The position numbers and the translations under genes are program-made. The notes under the pieces are model-generated. The model made no database searches. It worked only from the letters and a program-made list of their open reading frames with translations, and had not been told where the DNA came from. A stretch of DNA of 64,000 nt from the NCBI RefSeq assembly GCF_050303215.1, contig NZ_JBNLBH010000019.1, forward strand, positions 1 through 64,000. The letters run 5' to 3'. This document shows, piece by piece, positions 1 to 9,000 of the stretch (position 1 is the first letter of the stretch; each line of letters begins with the position of its first letter). The stretch comes from Haliangium sp. Its GTDB lineage: Bacteria > Myxococcota_A > Polyangia > Haliangiales > Haliangiaceae.

Positions 1-95
1 TGCACCGTTGCGATGTCATCACGTCCTGAAGGCGATCACCCTCGTTGATGGACATCGCTGAGCTGCTCGCCCGCGTGCAATCGTCGCGATGTCCA

Positions 96-1502
96 TCAGC
101 TACCCTGCTCGCCCTCGCATCGAATAGCCTGCTTCGTAACAATCTCATACGGGAACATCAGCCGTGAGACGTAGCGGGTATCCTTCAGCGCATTAATAAT
201 CTTGCTCTCACCATAAGCGTGAATAGGCCAGCTCTTGCCGTTACGTTCACAGATGTAGATAGACTCGTCCGGCTTTTCCTCCTCTCGCCAGTCATACAGC
301 TTGTAGCTGGTTCGCTCGGCCTCATCTACGGCGACGTAGAAGTCAACCAATGTGGCATCAACATGGGCGATGCGCTTACAGGTGAGATCACGAGCTTTGG
401 CTATCAGCTCTAATGACTGCTTGGGCTTAGCCGGTAACTGTATTGTCTTTGGTAGACGGCGCTCGTAGAGTCGCCGAGAAAGATCTGAAAGGATCGGGTC
501 CGGGTGCCCTCTCCATTCGTCAACGAGGACCCAGACGTGGAATTCGCCCAAGTGGGAATATGTCTCAAGGTCGCACTGTCCACCTGTGTCGAAAAATCGC
601 TTCAATGGATGACGTCGGTCTCGCGTTGAGAATACATCTTTGTCTCCATTGCTTGCCAGCATGACGGCACGACGAAGGACGGAGGTCAGAAGCACGCTCG
701 CAGCCCGCACGGTGTGATGGAAGTAGATGGCTCGATACATTTGATCCAAAGCGACCAAATATCCCTCGACGGTTTCCAACCCCTTGCGATCCACACCGAC
801 CAATTGTCCATCCACATGCCGCAGCATATCCAAAAGACGAGCTAAATCGTAAGTATGGCCGCGAAGTCCGCATGCCGCTGCATCGCGCAGCAGATAATCG
901 AGCCGATCTGCATCGAGCTGACTCGACACTAATTTGTGACTCCAATGTGGTTTCTTTACCTTCTTACTAATATACTCGGCGACGCGTTCGGGAAAGGTCT
1001 GATCGACATGGCCCAGAGTCTCGGCGACAACCGACTCTCTGATGATACGCAAGGTCATCGCTTCGTGAGCGAACTCGATCCCTAGAACATCGAGAGCCTC
1101 CTCGAGAGTATGCGAGAAGGGACCGTGTCCGATGTCGTGCAGCAGTCCTGCCGCACATGTCGCCAGCCGGGTCTCGTCATCGGGCTCTTCACCCATGTTG
1201 CGGCAGATGCGATCGTACATCTCGCCGGCCAGATAGGCCACACCCATCGAGTGACTGAAACGTGAGTGCTCGGCGCCATGGAACACTAAATTGGTCAACC
1301 CGTTCTGACGGATGTGCCGTAGCCTCTGGAAGACTGGGGTGTCGATAAGCCGCTGCATCACCCAGCCGAAGCGCTTGTCACCGAATGCTGGTGAAGGGAT
1401 GTGCCGTTCGTCTTCGACCCGCTCGTAGCGAAGCTGCAAGTGTACTGGGTCGCGGAATAGACGAGGTGCTTTCTCGAATGCCATCCCGGTTGCATCATAC
1501 AC
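96..1502 (-). CDS. HD-domain phosphohydrolase, dGTP triphosphohydrolase (Dgt)-like
   Basis: 468-aa ORF with HD motifs H..HSRFSHSMGV, LLHDIGHGPFSH and DADRLDYLLRD, typical of the dGTPase family. Local GC is about 50-55% against about 70% for the rest of the window. Start could be M at 1502 or 1484. Confidence 0.8.
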   Translation of the reverse strand: MYDATGMAFEKAPRLFRDPVHLQLRYERVEDERHIPSPAFGDKRFGWVMQRLIDTPVFQRLRHIRQNGLTNLVFHGAEHSRFSHSMGVAYLAGEMYDRICRNMGEEPDDETRLATCAAGLLHDIGHGPFSHTLEEALDVLGIEFAHEAMTLRIIRESVVAETLGHVDQTFPERVAEYISKKVKKPHWSHKLVSSQLDADRLDYLLRDAAACGLRGHTYDLARLLDMLRHVDGQLVGVDRKGLETVEGYLVALDQMYRAIYFHHTVRAASVLLTSVLRRAVMLASNGDKDVFSTRDRRHPLKRFFDTGGQCDLETYSHLGEFHVWVLVDEWRGHPDPILSDLSRRLYERRLPKTIQLPAKPKQSLELIAKARDLTCKRIAHVDATLVDFYVAVDEAERTSYKLYDWREEEKPDESIYICERNGKSWPIHAYGESKIINALKDTRYVSRLMFPYEIVTKQAIRCEGEQGS

Positions 1503-1822
1503 ACCGCCTCCGACAATCTCGCTAGCGGAACTACCTGCGGCGGTCGTTCCACTGCTGACTGAATCGCTCTCACCCCCGTCAGATAGGCACCTGAGATACT
1601 CTGGAAGAGCGGCCGCTCCTTTTGTTGCAGTTGGGGGTTACATCGCTCAAGCGCCTGTGTCCAAGCTGACACACGTGTCGAAACCTTCGTGACGCAGCGC
1701 GGCATCCAGCCACAACTCAACGCGAGCTCCGAGGGTGTGAGTGCTTTCACTGGCCCGAAGTTGCCGCACGCCGTCGCCGCGTCGGCCGCGCGCTCCAGCC
1801 CCGGGACGACCAGGCGGCTGCG

Positions 1823-2050
1823 CCGACTCACCCTGGTCCGACGACGGCACCAGGCCAAGGATGCCTTGGATGTCGGCCGCCGGGCCGGACTTGGGTCCAA
1901 GGGGGAGGCGTTCCAGCAAGCGTGCGGCCACCTCGGCCACGCTCTCGCCGCCGAGGATGGCCAGTGGCGACAGATCCTTGGACAAGGCGCCGGCACGCTG
2001 CTGCCCGGCCAAGCCCTTGCGGGGCGCGATGAGCTCGTGCTGCAGAGCCC
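1823..2050 (-). pseudogene. Decayed duplicate of the 3' end of the MVP-like gene (about 75 codons); stop codon mutated TAG to CAG
   Basis: 228 bp align colinearly with 2549..2775 at roughly 89% identity. The fragment encodes ...[55 protein letters not shown], matching the MVP-like C-terminus. Nothing protein-like continues upstream in the same frame. Confidence 0.75.
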
Positions 2051-2543
2051 ACCGAGCGAAGAGCCTATCTGGGCAGAGGCGAGGACGGCACAGGCCCGGG
2101 CGAGCCCACGGCCCGAAGGCGGCGTCGTTGTCTGCTCCGACCAACCCAGATCGGACGGAGGGCCGAGACGATGCCGCGATGGGCAGGAGTACAGAGACGA
2201 GTCGGATGCCAGGACAAGGTCGAGACGAGGTGAACGCCGGCAGCCATGGGGGAGAGAGCCGTTGACCGGAGGGAGAGATAGGCGTTCGTGCGAGTCGTCC
2301 GCCGGTAGGGCCGTGGGCTCGTCTGGGCCGGTCCAGCCCAGCAAGCATCGAACCGGCGACGATCGAATCCCGTACACGCGTGTGCCAGCCCGAATTTGCC
2401 CCCGCTGCCATGCCGACTCGTGCGCACAGCAACCGGAACTCGGGCGTCGCACGGTCCATGGTCGACCACGAATAGACGAGAGCCCACCCTGGACCAGAGG
2501 GCTACCCGCCCACGCGCGCGCCAGCCCCGGGCCGAGCAGGCGT

Positions 2544-4577
2544 CTACGCCGACTCGCCCTGGTCCGGCGACGGCACCAGGCCAAGGATGCCTTGGATGTC
2601 GGCCGCCGGGCCCGACTTGGAGCCCAGGGGCAGACGGTCGAGCAAGCGCGCGGCCACCTCGGCCACGCTCTCGCCGCCGAGGATGGCCAGCGGCGACAGG
2701 TTCTTGGACAAAGCGCCGGCGAGCTGCTGCCCAGCCAGGCCCTTGAGGGTCGCGATGAGCTCGGGCTGCAGCGCCTCCATCTGCTCGCGAAAGGCCGCCG
2801 AGCGCGCGGCCAGGGCCTCCCGCGCCAACCCGGCCTCGCGGTCGGCGATCTCGAGCCGAGCCCGGCTGCGGATCGCGTCGGCCTCAGCCTCGTGCTCGGC
2901 CCGGCCGATCTTGTCCAGGCGGTCGCGCTCGATGATGGTCCCGATCCGCGCCAGCTCCACGGTGCGGCTCACGGCCTCGTGCTCGGCCGCCTTGGCCAGG
3001 GTCTCCATCTGGGCGCCGTAGATCTCTCGGTTGACCGACTCCTTGAGGTTCTCGTCGCCCAGTCGCAGCTCCTCCTGCCTGCGCGTGATCGCCGAGACGA
3101 TCGCCATGCGCTGGGCCTCCTGCAGCATGCGCTCGACGTCCTGGTCCAGGATGCGCACGTCGAGCACCTCGACGTCGTAGACCCACATCCCGTTCTCCTT
3201 GAAGTGCCGCCCCTCGCGCTCGCCGTCGTCGCCGCGCGCGCCCAGGATGGCGGTGCGCAAGATGTCAGTGCTGGTGCCGTGGAAGGTCTCGATCGAACTC
3301 GTCCGCGCGGCCGCGCGGATGATCGAACCGAGGTGGTCGCATAGCAGGCCGACATAGTCCTTGACGTTGAACCAGCGCTCGGAGTCGCCCACGAACGACA
3401 CTCGATACGACAGCAGGATCTCGAGCCCGACGTGGTCGGAGGTCTTGACCCGGACCAGGTCCGACACCTTGTTGCCCTGTACCTGCAAGAAGCAGGTGGG
3501 CAAGAGCTCCTCGTCGCTCTTCGGTCGCCCGGTCGATAAGGTCAGAACCTCGAGCTCCTCGTCGTAGTGCAGGATGCGGGTCTGGGGCCCGCTCACCACC
3601 TCGCGCTTGTTCTTGGCCGTGATCATCACCGCTGTGCTCGGGGGCACGTAGATCGACCACGCCCGGTTGGGGTCGCGGCTGTCGGTGTCGAGCCGGAACA
3701 GCACCGCCCGGCGCTCGTCGAGCCGACGCGTGACCAGTTCCTCGCGGGTGGGATCGACCAGGTAGTTCACCGGACCCTCGACGGTGGTGAGCTTGCCCGT
3801 GCCCAACTCGCGCGCGTAGATGGCCTCGTTTTCGGCCAGCGGGATCGGAGCCACCTCGCCCACGACGTCCAGGTTGTCGGAGGGGAAAAACATGCCCTCG
3901 CGGTCGCGCAGGAAGATGTCCTGCCCGGCCAGGTATCGGCCCTCGGGCACCTGCGCGGCGGGGCCGACCTCGAAGGGCGCGCGCACGCGCAGGTGCAGGC
4001 CCTTGTTGCGCTCCATACGCCAGGCCCGGCGCACGTAGCTGCCGTTGCGGTTGGGCACCACCTCCAGGCCGCTGGGCGGGATGTAGAAGCTCACGTCAGT
4101 GCCGCAGATGATGTGCTCGGTGCCGATCGGCTCGCCGTCGCCCATATCGTCGTACACACGGACGACGAGGTACTGGTCCAGGCGCAGCTCGTGGCCGTCG
4201 ATGACCTGGGCCCGCTGCCCGGGCCAGAGCGGGAACTCGGCCGGGCCGGGCACGACGACCTTGCGCCCGAAGCGGAGCGGGATGGCCGAGTTTGCGCCCT
4301 TGACCGGCTTGTCGTCGGGGTCCTGGGGCGGGTTCTCGAGGATGATGTACTGCGATGATGAGGCCGCGACGAACTTGTGTACCCCCAGCCCGGCCTCGTC
4401 GCCGCGCACGGGCACGAAGCGGCCGTCGCGCAGGATGATCATGCGCTCGGTGTTGGACAGGCTGATCTTGGTGGGGCCGACGTAGAGGACGATGTCTCCC
4501 TTGGTGAGGTCCTGCACGTAGGCGTACTCGTTGGGGGCAACCAGGATGTCGCGTTCGCGAATGTCTCGTTCTGCCAT
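2544..4577 (-). CDS. Major vault protein (MVP) homologue: vault repeats, shoulder domain and coiled-coil cap helix
   Basis: Matches human MVP from my recall of its sequence: [29 protein letters not shown] vs [39 protein letters not shown] vs [27 protein letters not shown] vs [55 protein letters not shown] vs [40 protein letters not shown]. N-terminal repeats have the Y.V.D...G..V.VGP pattern and the C-terminus is a long Ala/Glu/Arg coiled coil. Start taken at [12 protein letters not shown] (4577), inside the longer ORF 2544..4649. Confidence 0.85.
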   Translation of the reverse strand: [677 protein letters not shown]

Positions 4578-4722
4578 GGGCCTTGCTCTCCTTGTGGACT
4601 TGCTGCTCACCGGTCTCCAGGCCAAGAGCAAGCACCGTGCCGGCGGCAAGTGCCGGATTTGCCACGGCTACCAGCCCATGCGCGGCGCCGGACGTGTGTC
4701 TTGTTGGTGCACTTGCTCCGAA

Positions 4723-5922
4723 ATGAACCAGCCCCTGCCCAGCGATCCCTCGATCCCCTTGCCGGCCGTCAGCGCCAATGGCATCGTGCGGACGATGGCA
4801 AGCGGACCCACGACCTATTGGGACTACATCAAGGTGGAAGAGCTCCTGGCTCTGCAGACTGGGCTGGAGGACGACGAGGCGGCGCTGTCGAACGATGAGA
4901 TCATGTTCATCGTCGTGCACCAGATCGACGAGCTTTGGTTCAAGCTGGCCATTCGCGAGCTGGTGTCGGTGCGCGATCTGTTCGCCCAGGAGCACGTCCG
5001 CGAGCAGTCACTGGCCACGGCCGTGCGCGGCATCCGACGGGCCGCGCTGCTGTTCCAGCAGGCCGCCGGGCACTTCGCGCTGATGGAGACCTTGACCACC
5101 CGTGACTACCTGGCGTTCCGCGACAAGCTCAGCCCGGCCAGTGGGTTCCAGTCGGCCCAGATGCGCGAGATCGAGATCATCATGGGCCTGGGCGAGGCCG
5201 AGCGCCTGCCCTTGGGGCACGAGACCTATCAGCAGGCGCTGCGCTACCCGGATGGCTCCGGCTCGCCGGCGTCGCGCCGGGTCGAGCGCCGACTCCACGA
5301 TCGCCCGAGCCTGCGCGAGGCCATCGAGGCCTGGCTGCATCGAACCCCCATCGACGGCTCGGTGCCGGACGGCCCAGATGACGCCGCGCGCGTCACCGCC
5401 TTCATCGACGCGTTCTTGGCCGCCCAGCGGGACGAGATCAACGAGATCAAGACCCGCGCCATGGACAACGCGCTCACTGAGCAAGACCGGGAGCGGCTCG
5501 ACAAGCGCTATCAGGGCGAGCTCGCGGCGGCGCGGTCGTGGCTCGAAGCCCGCGATGTGGAGGTCGGCGACGATGAGTCCCGGCGTGCCTATCGCTCGCG
5601 CGTGCGCGCGGCCTTGGTCTTCATCGAGAGTTACCGCGAGCTGCCGCTGCTGGCCTGGCCGCGCGAGGTCATCGACGCCATCGTGGCCCTGGAGCAGGCG
5701 TTTACGATCTTCCGCCAGCGTCACGCTCGTATGGTCGAGCGCGTCATCGGCCGCCGCACCGGCACCGGAGGCTCGGCCGGGGTCGCCTACCTGGATCAGA
5801 CCGCGCTCGCCTACCGGGTGTTCAGCGACGTCTGGGCCACTCGCACCGTGCTGCTCCGCCGCGCAGTGCTGCCCCCGCTGCGACACCCGGAGCGCTACGG
5901 CTTCGCCGACGCGGACGAGTGA
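4723..5922 (+). CDS. kynA: Tryptophan 2,3-dioxygenase (eukaryote-like long form)
   Basis: TYWDYIKVEELLALQ and DEIMFIVVHQIDELWFKLAIREL match the TDO N-terminal helices. C-terminal RHARMVERVIGRRTGTGGSAGVAYL matches the TDO GTGGSSG motif. The first 64 codons of the ORF (4531..) are Arg/Ser-rich junk, so start moved to MNQPL. Confidence 0.88.
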   Translation: MNQPLPSDPSIPLPAVSANGIVRTMASGPTTYWDYIKVEELLALQTGLEDDEAALSNDEIMFIVVHQIDELWFKLAIRELVSVRDLFAQEHVREQSLATAVRGIRRAALLFQQAAGHFALMETLTTRDYLAFRDKLSPASGFQSAQMREIEIIMGLGEAERLPLGHETYQQALRYPDGSGSPASRRVERRLHDRPSLREAIEAWLHRTPIDGSVPDGPDDAARVTAFIDAFLAAQRDEINEIKTRAMDNALTEQDRERLDKRYQGELAAARSWLEARDVEVGDDESRRAYRSRVRAALVFIESYRELPLLAWPREVIDAIVALEQAFTIFRQRHARMVERVIGRRTGTGGSAGVAYLDQTALAYRVFSDVWATRTVLLRRAVLPPLRHPERYGFADADE

Positions 5923-6014
5923 TCACCGCGGGTCATCGCGACCCGGCGTCGCCGCGGCAGCCGATCATGGCCGGGTCCGGCCGGGCGACCGAGGTCTGGG
6001 CGCCGGCGGTGGGC

Positions 6015-9000
6015 TCAGCGGCACTGTGTCAGCACGGCGTCGAGTTGGGCGGCGAGACGACTCTGGGGCCGACTCTCGATGTCGGCCTCGAGTAGCTCAG
6101 CGCGCGCGCGCGTCGCCAGCTTGCGGGCCTCGCTCAGGTCTGACTCGGACAGCCGGGCCGCACACAGCGCGCGGGCCAGGGCGAGGCGGGTGCGGGCCAG
6201 CGCCAGGGCCGGACCGGGCCGGGCCTCGCGGATCGTCATCGCCCGTCGCAGCGACACAGCGGCGACCTCGGGGTCGCCGAGCGCAAGGTGGACCCGCCCC
6301 AATGCGGTGAGGGTCGCCGCCAGGTCGGGGTGGTCCGCGCCGAGCACGCGCTCCTTCAGCGCAAGCGCGCGCGAGAGTTGGTCGAGCGCCGACGCGTGCT
6401 CGCCCTGGGCGGCCCACATCGCGCCTAGATCGGCGAGCACAGCCGCCGCACGCGCGCCTTCGCCTTCCTCGCGGCGCTCGTAGATCGACAACGCCCGCTG
6501 CAGCGCGGCCTCGGCCTGATCATAAGCGCCAGTGGCCACGAGCGTGCGACCCAGCCCGTGCAGGGCCTCGGCCACCGCGGGGTGATCGGGCGCGAGCAAC
6601 GCCTCGCGGACGGCGAGCGCCTCGCGGAACCGCTCCTCGGCGAGGTCGAGAGCGCCCCGGGCCAGGGCCACGGCCCCAAGGTGCCACACGGCCTCGGCGT
6701 GGCGCTCGTGGCGGCGCCCGAAGGTGGCCTCGCAGATCACCCGGGCGCGCTCCAACTCGTTCTCGGCGACGCCGAGCTGACCACGGGCCATGTGCAGCCG
6801 CCCCCGGCCCAATAGCACCTCGGCCAGGCGGGGATGATCCGCCGGGTAGGCGCGATCGGCGATCTGCCAGGCTTGGTCCAGGGCCTTCTCGGCGGCGTCG
6901 TGATCGCCAAGCATGAGCTGGGCCAGGCCGATGTCCAGCAGGTGCCGAGCCATGCCGGGGGCGTCGTCGCCGAGGTTGGCGCGCTCGATGGCGGCGGCCT
7001 GCTGGAAGCGGCCCAGGGCCTCCTGGAAGCGACTCTGCTCGGTGTGGATGCGGCCGATGCTGATCAGGGGCTCGACCAAGAACAGGTGCTCGGCGCCGCA
7101 CACGTCTTGGGTGGTCTCGATCAAGCGCTCTTGGGACTCCAAGGCCATGTCGTAGTCCGCCTGGGCGAAGTACAGCTCGCCCAGAAAGCTCATGTACTTG
7201 GACACCTGGGGGTGGTCGGCGCCGAGGGTCGCCGTGCCCAGGTCGACCGCCCGGCGCAGCATCGACTCGGCCTCGGCGTTCTCGCCCAGCCGCGCCAAGA
7301 GCATGCCGGCGTGGGCGAGCAAGTCGGCCTCCAAGGCGCCGTCGCCCCCCGCCCGCGAGATCGACGCCGCCGCCATGGGACGCATGCGCAGCGCCTCTTG
7401 ATAACGTCCCTGACCCGCGCCCACCAGCCACATGAGCTTGGTCCACAGCGCCGCCAGCAGGCGATCGTCACGGGCCTCGGCCGCCATGCCGACCGCCTCG
7501 TGGAACCTGATCTCGGCGCTGCTCAGGTTGCCCAGGGCGTGCTGTGTCTGGCCCGACAGATAGCGTGTGCGCGCCTGCAAAGGCGGGAAGTCGAGCTCAT
7601 CGGCGCGCTGTACCAGCCTCGCCAGCGACTCCGACACCGCCCGATACTGACCGATCTGGATCCGGGCCTCGACGTCGTCGACGTCCTCAGTGAGGGTCGC
7701 GATGGCCTGGCGCAGCTCGGGATCGCCCGGCATCGGGTAGGTGTCGCGCAGCGCCAGCTCATCGGTGCAGCCGCGCAGCCCCGGCAACTGTCGGACCGCG
7801 CCCAGGGCACGATCGACCACGGCGCCGTCGAGGCCGCCGTCGTCGCCGATCTCGCGCACGAACACGCCGGTGAGGGCGCGCAGGGTGCCCAAGCGGCGAT
7901 CGAGGCAGCTCATGCTCAGGTCGAGCATGGCCTCCGAGCGCTCGCCGCGGATGTGAGTGGCTTCGCAGGTGTCGACGCGGATGGCGACCCAATCGCGGCC
8001 GTAGGTCTCGATCTCACGCGCCACCTGCTCGAAGGCCTCGCTGGCGTGTGGGCGCCCGCTGGCCGCGAAGCCCGCAGCCACGGTGGCGGCCAGGTCGTCG
8101 TTCCAGACCGTGGCCAGGCGCTCCTCGCTGCCTTGGCACAAGGCCGCGCTGCGGGCACGCTCACCCGTAACCAGAAAGGCCGCGCCCACGACCACCATCA
8201 TCACGAGGGCGGCGATGCCGATGGCCGTGCCCATGCGCACCAGCCGCGCGCCCCGCTGCATGCCGTGCTCGAGGTCGGCCAGGAGGTGATTCATCGAGGG
8301 GTAGCGCTGCTCGGGTTCAGCCGACAGGCCACGGATCATCATGGTCACCAGCCAGGCCGGGGTCCGCGCCTGCGGCGGTGGTGGCTCGATCTGGCCCGAC
8401 GCCATCTGATAAGCAACCTCTTCGGGACGGGTGCCCGAAAATGGCCTATGCCCACACACGGCCTCGTACAAGGCCACGCAGAACGAGAACTGATCGGTGC
8501 GTGCGTCCGTGCTCCCGCCGCCGTACTGCTCCGGAGCCATGTACCCGGGGGTCCCCACCAGCGCGCCGTGAGCGGTCAAGGGGTTGTGGAGGACGCGCCG
8601 AGACGCGAGGTTCGACACCCCGGCTCGGGTGAGGGTGCCGGGCCTCTCCACGGCCGCCGGGTTGAACTGCGCCAACGGCGCGTGCGGATCCTCTCCGTGC
8701 GCGTCGTCGTCGACGGTGGTGTCGACACCGACCTCGGCGGCCGGCTCGGGCGCGGTCTCTACGCCGGCGCCCGCGACCTCCGCGTCCGGTGGCGAGTCCG
8801 AGCCGGGCAGCGACGAGTCGGCGGCTTGCTGCGCCGCTCGGGCCAGACCGAAATCGAGCACGCGCACACGCCCGTCAGCGCCCATCATGACGTTCTCGGG
8901 CTTGAAGTCGCGGTGGACCAGGCCGGCCGCGTGAGCAGCCGCCAGGCCCTGCCCCGCGGCCCAGAACGCGGCCAGGATGTCGCTCAGCGCCGGGGTCTCC

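Noticed and set aside
1689-3344. 551-aa plus-strand ORF (and nested 1741..2265, 2396..2746, 2587..3021)
   Set aside because: Antisense to the MVP homologue and the remnant region. Arg/Ala/Gly/Pro-rich, motif-free translation typical of shadow ORFs in 70% GC DNA.
4531-4722. First 64 codons of the kynA ORF
   Set aside because: Arg/Ser/Cys-rich, overlaps the divergent MVP start region. TDO homology begins after MNQPL.
5923-6014. Bidirectional terminator between convergent kynA and STPK
   Set aside because: Only a 6-bp stem (cgggtc/gacccg, 5929..5945) without a U-tract. Too weak to call.
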